Source: Leptogorgia sarmentosa (Eukaryota). Taken from it: a stretch of 64,000 bases of DNA. The translations under genes and the position numbers were made by a program. This document shows, in pieces, positions 12,401 to 24,400 of the stretch; the first letter of the stretch is position 1; each line of letters starts with the position of its first letter. The stretch is from assembly GCA_964658305.1 (NCBI GenBank), contig OZ210885.1:682001-746000 (forward strand), written 5' to 3'. Below the pieces are notes generated by a model, which saw nothing but the letters and a program-made list of their open reading frames with translations, was not told the DNA's origin and did no database searches.

Positions 12401-15400
12401 GATAGTGAGTAATACGATAGTAAATTACTAGTTGTAGTGGTATATTATGACTGCAATAACCAAGAATAATGAATGAGACTTTAATATGTTCTTGTAACAA
12501 GTTTATTAATCGTAAAAACATTGTTCATGTACTTTTACAAGTCATGTAGAGAATACTAGCTTAGAGATACATGCTAGGAAATCTAATATTTAATGGTCTT
12601 CATCATCGCGTCCTCTGTAAAGGTGTAATCTTTTAACAGTTTTTTTGATCAGAAATTTTCTCTTATCAACAGCTGCTTGAATAGCTTCTTCGGGATCAAA
12701 ATGATCATTGTCAACAAAGGCAGGATCTCGGAGTAGGCTTTTTGTCCAGCGGATAGCTCATCCAAGCCACTATATATATATGTATCAAATTTGTCTTCAT
12801 TTCCTCAAAAGCTGTTTTATTTACTTTTGCATTGCTTCTTCTTCTACCATTGGCATCCAAGGATCATTTTCTTCCTCCTCAGTTTCGTCGTCTGTTGTCA
12901 CCGGACTTTCAGAACCATGAGTTGAAGCAGTCGACAAATCGCCTTCCGATTCCGTTGTCTGACTTTCTGCTTCTGACATTTCACTCTCTTGATCCTTTAA
13001 TGGACAGTACATGTTTTCGTGTCGACGTAGATTGAAACCTCGATTAAATGCTTTCCCGCAGAATTTGCAGCTCATTCCACCAGCAAGGACTGTGTAAAAA
13101 TGTCTTGTTATTGAGCACTTTTATTTGAGCATATGAGCATGTGCTTAGGAGCAGTTATGATCATAATTATGAGCATGTGCTCATGAGGGAATGAGCGATT
13201 ACGAGCATCGGTCACATGCAATCCGCTGGACAAAAAGCTTACTCCGAGATCCTGCCTAAGCTCCAAAATGAGCTGGAAAGTATCTATATGAATCGTGGAT
13301 GAAACAACTAAAGAATGACCCAGTGCTTAAGAAAATAATGCAAACAAAAGATGCCTTTGTGAACGATGATCATTTTGATCCCGAAGAAGCTATTAAAGCA
13401 GCTGTTGATAAGAGAAAATTTGTGATCAAAAAACTGTTAAAAGATTACACCTTTACAGAGGACAGCGATGATGAAGACCACTAAATATTAGATTACTCGC
13501 TATCCTTCTGCAAGCTAATTACCTCCCGCCGCTCTTCATAACCCTATTGTGCACGCTCGCTTCATTAAAATTTCCTCGCTATCTTTCTTTGCATAATAAT
13601 ATTAACGCTAACTCCTCTTTGCATAAATTAACGCTAACCTCTGCCTGAATAAATTAACGCTATACGTACCCGGTAATACTATACTATGATTGGTAAAAAA
13701 AGTGATGGAATTACAACTCATGTATGCTGATATGGACAAAGCCTTAAATAGCTAGTGCAATTCAGCTCTGAAATCATGGTGCTATTTAGGCTGTAATCGC
13801 ACTACTTTTAGCCAGTCAGATTGCTCAAATCTTATTTCGAAGTCTTATTTCGAAACGAAGAAGATGTACCAAAATTAGCTTAATTATCACGCAGTTCGCT
13901 TGATTAAAAACTTCTATATCATTTAAAATATCGAACGTTGTTTTTAGAAAAACACCTTTGAGGTTCTACTGGCTACCAGCCTAAACGACGAGTCGTTTGC
14001 TGTGTTTAGATATAATGACATTGATTGGGCGGTACGCGCACCCAGGTAAATTTATTTTTCTACAAAGGTTAAATGAAATGAAGGTTGTCACGTATGATTG
14101 TACGCTCCAAGTTCAATAAAAATCACGTCACTTTTGTGACCAATTTCCAGTTGGTATACTGTCGCTGCATGGTATACAAATTTTAAGCGCTAACCTGTGC
14201 GGATCCACTTTAACATCCGTAGAAAATAAAAGTCAAATTAAAGTACCATATTTTCATTTATATTCTCTTCTTGTATATGTTATTCCACATGAGATTTTTT
14301 ATTAGAAATTTTTATAAAATTAGGTTAATTTGTACCTTTCAGACAACAGTACCGGTATCATCAAACAGCCAGTTACCTGCCAGTAATAGGATGGAATTCT
14401 GGTAATCCGTTTGCTTCCCAAACATTGGCGAACTTTGCAAGGTAACATTCGTTGCAAAATTGAAACTGCAGCAAACATATTTGGAACGAATGCTGCTTTT
14501 ATTCGACCAAACGACATTAACTTGTTCCATTGTTGATGGAACCTGGATTGAACTGAAAAAGCTGGGATATTGTGCTGCCTTAATTGCTCACAGTTGCCAA
14601 CAGTATTGCTCAACATTGTTACACCCCAGTTAGGCTCAGCAAAATTATTCAATATATTGTTGAAAACTATAGACAACCAATCTGGGTGCAACAAGGTTCA
14701 ATCCTTGTTTACAATGGGTTTACTATTCAAACTGTGTACTTTATCTTATCTACTTTATCTTATCTTTTCTCTTCTTGTCAACGTACAAACATTCCCATCG
14801 TTTTAATATTTGGAAGATGCTCACTAATTGCTACATAATTATAGCTGTTTATCTACTCATCAACTAGTTTTGATGGTTTTGTGCTGATGTCTTGCTAGGT
14901 CTGGATCTGTAAACGCTGTAGATGTTGATGGTTACTATGATCCGGTGTTAGGTTCATTCGGGGAGATTGGTATTAACCTTCGTGGAAATGTACAGTCCTC
15001 ACCGTGTATACAATGGGCATTAAGACAATTCTATGGTCGTGGAAGAGTCAGTTGTAGTACATCGTGCCCTCCTAGCTATTGGGAAGCGCGAGCTGCATTG
15101 GGGTCAAGGTGGTATCGCCTGTATAAAAGAAATAAATATTCTGCAATATTTCCGTTTTATTCTACATGCGTGTTTAGCAGGTTTCGGTGGTATCAGCCAG
15201 CTACGGAATGTTGCTACAATCCATATTACGGATTTCTCATAGATATTCCTATACCCGGTGCAGGACGATCTCATCTCTACCACCCACAACCACACTGGTT
15301 CTTTTTTTATTATTACAATTACTACTCCAATTACAACGAAGAAGAAAATGCTTACAGAAGTTGCTGTCTTACAGGAAACAACTTTTTTTGTCAGTTGTTT

Positions 15401-18400
15401 TATTCCTTACGTCCACCCTGTACTGCCCTGAGGTGGTGGCAAAGCCGATCCCGTTGGGGTGAGTTTTTTAATATCATGGGAATACTCTCTTCAACATTAT
15501 AATAATAATATAGTCAGAGATTCAGTTTTATAAGTGCCGATCTCCTGAGTATCCCACCTTTTTGGCCGCACGCGCAGGAGTTTGATTATTGCATTCTTTT
15601 CAACGCAATTCTCGTGCAGTGAAATCTTAGAGAAAAAATCTTGTGAATATTTTTACCGATGTAATCAACTGCTCTTCTGGTTTGCGCGAGCTGTACAAAC
15701 TTAATTAAAACGTCTATGGATTATGAGACAACGATGATTATTTCCATTTGTTCGTATGTTAAAGACGCGCCCTAATATTATACTAATCCATGTGGAGAAG
15801 AAGGACTTGGTTTCTGAATAAGTTAGATTTGATCTTTTTTAATTTTTAGCCTCTGCTTTTGGCGACCCTCATTTTGTTACGTTGGATGGTAAGAACTACA
15901 CATTCAATGGTTGTGGATGGTATACATATTTTCAGGGCGAAATACCTAGTGAGTATTAGTTTTTTAAAATAGTATATATTTATAATGACAAAGACTTTTC
16001 TGGTATTCAAACTGCGTTCACTATTTAACAATTATTGAACACGAGATTAAGAATTATCAAGTCCGAAGTTGCTGTTATCAACAGAGAGGTTGATAACGGT
16101 AATCTAGTTTTATTGTTTTTTTAAGTATTCAAAAGATTTTCGTACATTCCGCCCCTGCGTGTTAAATTCTTCAAAATAATATCAACTTCGTTTGCTTCTT
16201 TTGAAAGTACTTTTCCAAGCCATGTCAAGGTTTTTGGTCGTTCTCTTTGCTTGATTTTTCCAAGTTTTTTGTTATTTTTTTGTCCAAAAATGTGCGAATA
16301 GATGGCGCCATATTGTTTTTGTTCGTGTTCATTAACAATGGCGTCAGCGAGTCAATATTATTCTCGTCGTCATGGTGATATGGCGCAAACACGTCAAAAC
16401 AACTTTTTCATATTGACACTTTGACGTCATTTTGGTGATATAAATGTGCAAAATCCATATTTTTAGCTATTGAATTGATATGACAAATTCACAGTTCGCT
16501 GTTTATAATATTCGATATTGATTGCATTTTTGACGCTAAAAAAATATTCTCACAATGCTATATTTCCAGGCACGAACGATAGCAAGCTTATTGTTCAAGT
16601 TCGAACGACAATAGTTGGCAGTATTAATGCTACTGGTTTTACTGGAATTGCTGTTCAGGAGGGAAACTCAGAGGTCGTTCAATTGAATTTGGAAAGTTCA
16701 GGTATTGTACTTTGTTTGTCATTTTATATAGAAGGGAATGGACGTTGGACGAGGCATGCACTATACCCGCAAATTATAAATCGGCCGGTAATACTATTAT
16801 TTCAATAATCTTTTGTTTGAGTATAATTTGGCTCAACTAGAATGCGATCACAGACTTAGCTTAAGACTAAGAGGCTTTTAAGCTTTGATACCTTATAGTA
16901 ACACTGATTTACAGTACGAAAGATATCGGTACACCCATAATATATATGGGTAAATTTCCCGGAAATTTCTCATTGCTAACATTCCTAAATTCTGTGATAA
17001 TTATGTAAAAGCTAAACATTTCTTCTTTTATGCTTAATTTCCTCCAGGTGATCTGCATTTAGAGGTAAACAGGACGGAGGTCGATATTGGTGGAAATGGA
17101 ACAGATTTTCAAAGTGGTGTTTTTTTATCGTTCGCAAATAAGACATTTTCCATTCAAACTCCACTGGGAAGTACAATACGAATAAGGAAAGCTGCAAATG
17201 ACTCCGTTTTATCGATTGTGACTGGATTTTTACCTGCATACGAGAACAACTCATTAGGATTGATGGGAAAATGGAATGGGGACATGACTGACGACTTCAC
17301 TTTACCCAATGGCACAGTTTTACCGATTGATATGAGTGAACAAGATATTTTTCATAAGTTTGGTGAACAATGTGAGTTTGTGCTTTGCTATAAAAAGATT
17401 GTTAAATCATAAAACAGGTCGAAATGCCCATGTATATTCTAAAGGTAACTAGTTCATTTTCCAAAACACGTTTTCTGCCAAATAAAATAACTTCATGAAC
17501 GCTTGTTTTTTTTTTCACATAGGGAGAGTACCTGAAGATAAAAAAATTTACCGAAATGTGGATGACGACGATTCTAAATTTAAATGCCCGGAAAACTTCG
17601 TTCCTCTCTTCCTAGAAGAAGCACTGAAGTCTCTCGAGGAATCAAATTTAACACAAGCAGCCCACGACACCTGTGGCAATGATATTACGTGTCTCTTTGA
17701 TATTGCTGCAACAGGACAAATTTCTTTTGGGCAATCGACTCTCTCGGAAAAGACTGAGATTGAGAATGATATCTCGTTATTGGGTAAGAATTGAATTACG
17801 TAATACTTTTATTCTGTTGTAATTGGATATTTAGGAAACAGCGTTACTGAGAGTTAAATATTTCTTTTTGCGTTTCGAGGAATTAATTAGACCTCGGTTC
17901 GCTTCTTTTCACCCAACAAAACTAACTGGTCTGATTAGTTGTTGAATGCACCAAATTTTTAAGTTTATTCGGCATAACCTTTTTTCAGTTGGTTATCTGT
18001 TACCACTACCTCACTCATTCTATTTTCCACTAAGTACGGGACATAAAAACTTGCACTCATAGAAAAATTCGACCTATATATGTTTTCATGTCTTTTCCCT
18101 TTCAATTTTCTTTATTTTTAAGGATTAGAATTTCGTATCAAGTCAGCGTCAGGTCGATTTAAAACAAACTTCTTTTCATTATAACGATTTATATTCCAGA
18201 GAACAACGAACCTGTTTTTACTCAGAACATCACTGTGATCAATGTGACCTTGGGGGAGACGTTTGTATTGCGTTTGGACGCCACGGATGCTGATGGCGAT
18301 GAACTCACATTTGATGTTCCAAATATTCCTCCTGGTGCAACCTTCAATTCAAGTGGAAACACTATGTACTTTATTTGGCCTGTAAACTCGTCAGACGAGG

Positions 18401-21400
18401 TATGGTGGTGAATAACAACACTTTTATTCCAGAAATGCAGGCTAAAACTTCACGATATCCCTAATATACGCCTAATTTTGAATCTCATTCATACCTTCAC
18501 ACAGAATTGAAACTTAGTGTGCTAGCATCGACTTTTCAAGCTTTCCGGTGGTAAACAAGGGGAAAAAATCACCGTTCAATGTTTTTATGACACTTTTTTA
18601 GCATTACTGATGGGGAAATTACGGTCGTATAAAAAAATGCGGGCAGGGGCCGCGCAACCAGGGGGGGGGGCATTTGGGGCATTGGGGGCATTGTACAAAG
18701 GGTAAATGTTCCTTGAAAGGAAAGTGCCCTTTTTCATCCGTGCCCTTTTTGGATTGTGCCCCCCCCCCCATTTTTGAGGTACTTCCGCGGCTCCTCTATG
18801 CGAAAATCCAGCGTCGGTTTAGAAATTGACATTGCTGTTGTTATGATCCAAAAGTGACTTTACAACAGGCTTCCAAATAAAGCGTATTAGAGCATATCAC
18901 GGATGTGGGTGGCGTCAGCAACATTTATTTAGCACTTTTTGGTTGCCTACATTCCCAAGGTCAATCTTCTGATTGTCTATGATAATATACATTAAAAAAT
19001 GTCCTCTTCATTTTGATGTAGGTAACACACCTGAGACAAATAATTTAATCAGAGATTTAAATATACAAGAGTTCTTAGTGCTAATTTCCAAACCCATATG
19101 ATTGTATGGCCAAATAATTATCATGCGTAACAAAGGTAGTATAGAAGCATTTTCATGCAGATGTGCTGATGATATTCCGCTATTATTATTTATTTACAGA
19201 CGAACGTAACGTTTTTTGTCGAAGATACAAAAAATGCTAGCTCTACACTCTCTCCTTCCATCACGCTTTGTCGTTGTGAACATGGCGGCGAATGTTTTGT
19301 TCCGGAAGCGACATCAGACGAAACAGCAGCAATAGCGTCCGCGTTTATCGTAATGTCGTGTAATTGTTCAATTGGTCGATCCGGGGATTTTTGTGAAGAA
19401 CAAACTGATTTTTGCCAAGGAGAAACGACAACACCGTGTCACCCTCTTGTCACTTGTACCAATAATCCAACAAATTTCACGTGTGGTCCATGTCCCACTG
19501 GATATGAAGGAGACGGGATGCTTTGCACAGGTATCCGAAGCTTGATGCAACTTTTTTTCTGTGCAAAAATACCAGTTTGTTTAGTTTCTTGCTCTTGGAA
19601 ATTTCCGGGCTTTGTTGAGAACTGTCGTCAACGTACGGAATTTCATAATCAATTTCCTGTAGATTTTTATTTTATCAACACTTTTTCAAGTTGAACAACG
19701 TGAAGAACCACTGAAAAATCAAGGTGTCAATCATTGGCTCATTTTATTCGCGCAACTGTCAACTTTTAACAGTCGTAATTTGTTTTAGATATTGATGAAT
19801 GCGAAAATGGTACCCATGCATGCGATCAAATGTGTACAAATTCTGATGGCTCTTATATTTGTACATGTGGCAATGGTTTTTCTTTGGATCAAAACGGAAA
19901 AGTTTGTAATGGTATGTCGGCCTATCAGTAGTGAGATTATAGATATATGATGAATCTTAATGTCTGAATTAAATAATTATGTTGTTCATTATTACATTAA
20001 AACCCAATCAAAGATTTGCCCCATTAATTTCTTTACAAAAAAGTGTGAATTCACAAAATTGACATCGCTTGGAATTTGGAAACCTCTCATTTTACTTTCA
20101 ACGATAGTCAGTTTATTCTTTGGACGTAATTCAATGTTATTCGGTATACCTAGTGATCTATATTTATTGATATTTTTCTACAATTAACTGCCTACTTCTC
20201 ATTACGTACTACAACCGGATGTATGGGGACAATTTATATTATTTTAACCCTGGATTCAAATAAAAAACACAGAGACGGAATAGTGTAAAATCGGTCAACC
20301 CTCGTTAACGTTAGTCTCACTTTTTTCAGATATCAACGAATGTTCTCAGCCAAATGACTGCGATCAACTGTGTAACAACACAATTGGGTCATACGAGTGC
20401 TATTGCAGAATCGGGTTCAAAATCAACGAAACTGACACGACAAGATGTGAAGGTAATTTAGGCAAATAAAGGTTGGCAGTAAAGCTAGCAAATTTATTTT
20501 TCAAATTTTTTGTAAAAAGAGTTAAATTAGCAAAGATATAATGATTATATAAATAATATATTACATGCAAGCGAAACAAAATAACATAATTATTAAGTTT
20601 CTTCATATTTTGCTACGAGGCCCAGTTTAGATTAAAAGTAGTAAACATTTGAAAGTGAATACGAATATTCTTTAAAGGGAATTTAGAATTTAGGCTGCTA
20701 CAAGTAATGGCAGATATGAATTTCGTCGTTCTATCTCGTGATAAGCAATTTGATGAAATATAATTTGGCCTTCCTTAATGTGAATAATTTGTAGGAAGGA
20801 ATCTTACGTAACCAATTATTATGAGAATATTAATTGAAACGATTTTTTTTACAAAATCTTTTCCAGCTGTAACGAAGTGTCAAATTAATAACGAATGCGT
20901 CGGGTCTAATGTGATTTGTTATGTTCCGGAACCAGGGGTTGAAAAATGTGCTTGTCCTGCAGGATATGTACTTGCAGAGGATCAGAAATCTTGTGAAGGT
21001 TTGTTCGTACATGTAATATTAAACAATTACTTCATGCTTTCCGTGTTTGGATGGCCAAACACGGGTTTCGACCAATCAGAGCACGCGTTATATACATGTC
21101 TTTTTATAGTATACACTTGATTTCTGCTCGCAAGGCAAAGAGTTAGTTTTGTTTTCCTGAGTGACTCAATATTTCCCAGACGATATGTCTAGTGAAATGT
21201 TCAACAATTGACCATAGCAAAATTATGGCGGCGGTATGTTCATTTTACCAATCAAAGAAAAAGAAAAATGCGTGCAACTCCATTTTAAACACTATAAATT
21301 GAACCTTTTGTACAATTTTAGCATGTCACACAAACTTACTTTTGGCGTGATGGGCCACGTCATTTTTACGCCATTCAGTTCATGACGTCTCTATATATGC

Positions 21401-24400
21401 ATACAGTTTTGTAGGAAAAAATCTAGAATAAAATGCCACCCCTCCCCCCAAAAAAACTAATCGAGCCCTTAACTACTGCATGTACATATATGTAACTTCT
21501 ATTAATAATTATATTTAAAAAATTGGGCACTTTAAATGGTGTTTTTTTCTATAATGAACATGTTTACCAATATATATTCAAATCCCTTCAATACCTTCAT
21601 TTTGTAGACATAAATGAATGTGGAACAACCGAAGGAAATCTATGTACTCAGATCTGCACTAACATGATGGGAAGTTATACTTGTTCGTGTAGAGACGGAT
21701 ACAATATAGTCGGCGACACAGAGTGTGAAGGTTTTGTATTGTATTCTTTTATACTTTTATAGCTATCTGTAGGACAACATTAATTAATGACAGTAATATG
21801 TTAATATACTTAATTTCCGTCATTGATTAACTAATGTTGTCCCACTGAACGCTATATAAAAACTGGACACATTCTGGGCTACTTGTGGTAGAGCACGCGA
21901 TCGTTTTGAAAGTTGCGTGCTCTTAACACCATATCGGTTTTATTAAATGGATTGAAAAAAAGAACATTGTTGATACGATGAAATACAAGAGCTTTCAATG
22001 GCTTTTAAGTCATGCATTTTATAGAAAAGTAGATCAATAACAAACGCTCTGAGTGCTTGTCTATTGCACGAGCCTTTTTGACTGATTACTTCACATCTTT
22101 CAAAAGGACACAAAAACATTAGTGAAGTGAACAGAAAAGACTGCTGGATACAAGTTTTTTTTTACATTTTAATTTTCATTTGGTGCGTACTTCATCCTGT
22201 TGTTGTAGACATAGACGAGTGTTTTGAAGGGAACTTCACTTGCCCTGGCGTTGAAGAATGTGACAATCTCGCCGGAAGTTACAGATGTTTGTGTCCACAG
22301 AGGCTCAACATGGTCAGAGTCAACGGAACGTGTCAATGTAAGTGCTGCATGGAAATTTTATTTGGTGATTGTTTAATTCGGTAATATTGTTGCCAATTAT
22401 GCGAATGTTTTGTCTAAGACGCAAAATTGGTGTAATATTATATAAAGCCATTTTTCACTCCACCGAAAAATTTCGCGACCGAAAAAATTAATTAATTCTT
22501 GGTTCTTTTACGCAATCAGTTAACGGTCTGACAAAACATCAGGTTGAACAAATTTCTTCAGCGGCATACTGTGGCCAGTGGCGGAAATTCAGGTGGGGCG
22601 AAGGGGCGACCGCCCCTCCCCCCTCCCCCCTCCCCCCTCCCCCCACCTTCCGTAAAATCGGCAATTTGTCGGAAATTATCGGTTCTGTCGGAATTTTGAA
22701 AGCAATTGAATATACGGAAATTAGTAAAAAAATTTACTGTAAATTCAAATAAAAAACACAGTTTGTTTGTAAATTCATTTTGGCCATTTCCGCGCTTGTC
22801 CATGTTTATCATGAAAATCAAAACAAATTTGTTGGCTCGTTTGTTAAACTCACTCGGGGAGTTTTCTACGTCATCAAAGTAAGCCATAATACAAGCTTTA
22901 GTTCCTTTCATAATTTTATTGGTTTCCACGAGCGGACCGGTTATCAACCAATCAGCATTCAGCATTCATTTCAGTTATACCGTAAAACAACTTACCAAAG
23001 TCTGGTAAAAAATTGCACTATGATTTATACATGTGGTTTTTTACCAAATCAAATGATGAAAATTTATTCTAAGGCGAATAAAATTATAGCCAATAACTTG
23101 ATATCAAGCTTAACAGAATTATTCAAAATTCTCTCCAACAGTTAAAGATGAAGGGACTGTAGAAGATATGGCAGATCCTCCGCAAAATGCGACGCAAGAA
23201 CAGCAGGATAACTCTATTGAAATAACTTTGAAGAATTTTCAAAGTGAAAACGTGAGTACAAAAACTTAAGCCCCGGACAAGGAATTTTATTTTACCACAT
23301 TAGGAAGTGACCTAAAATTTTACCACGACTTGTTGATGTTTTAGTCCGCTCACAGTCTTCCCATATAAAATTTGTCTATTAATTTCCCAATGCAATGACT
23401 GATAAAAAGGACAATAACACATAGGTCCACCCAAAATCTCATAATTCCTATTACAATACAATACATTATTACACTGGAGTATTATGTAGGAATAATATCC
23501 ACACAAAAGTTCTTTTACAAAGACCGAGTTTTGGAGTTGTGAAGAGGTTGCCTAATATAGCTATACCTATAGTTGATGTCAAGTTCATGTCTCGGACCTA
23601 TATTTGTGAAAGAAGCTTATCATAGTTTTATTTCATTGCAGTACACGGTGGATGTCAACACCAAGTTTAAAGATGCAGTAGTTAAAATCCTCGATGAATT
23701 CTGCAATGAAAACAGATTACGACCTCAGGATTGCGGTGTTTCTCAGTAAGTCTAATAATTAATCTTTCATGCTATCATTTTCCTTACCATTGATTTAGCT
23801 AGGTACCATTCTCGTATGACAAGAATATACTTTAGTAAGTTAATAAAAAATTGTAAAATAAATGCAATTTGGAATAATTTATGAACTTTAAAAAATTTGA
23901 TTGCTACCTTTGATATGAAATAGTAGCCAAATCCGCCGCGTGATAAAAAATAACGGCATGAGTCGATCCAATAACAACAGCTCTTTGAAAATTCAAATCG
24001 GATGATTAACAGTTCAGGATATTTCACTTCTCACATCAACTTATTGAAATCTTTTTTTATTTATAAAGTTAAGTTATAGTTTCCATCACGTAATTTTATT
24101 ATCGCAAAGCTTTCGATCCGTAAGCATGGATCTTCATTAGCAGTGTCAATAATATCTAATAGATATCTAATATATATCATTTAAAAGATATTATTGGAAA
24201 TGCAATAACTTTCTTCTAATGATATTTAACGTCGAAAGTTTCACAGAAATAATATTATTTACATGATATTTTCTACAAAAAAATATATTTGTATGAATCG
24301 TATTTGATTTGCGACGTATTTTAATAGCCATTGTTATTATTTCAGTACATCTTTTCTACCAATATGTATGTCTATTCTCTTTTTTTTTATAGAAACCAGA

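Larger units (their letters stand above)
12218..13685. mobile_element. Fold-back non-autonomous element with ~500-bp inverted arms and a zinc-finger gene relic; Polinton/Maverick-like
   Basis: Arms 12218-12754 and 13221-13685 are reverse complements with indels. Left terminus AGTAGTATTACC resembles AGT-repeat Polinton ends. No clean TSD. Family assignment is from recalled similarity only. Confidence 0.6.
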
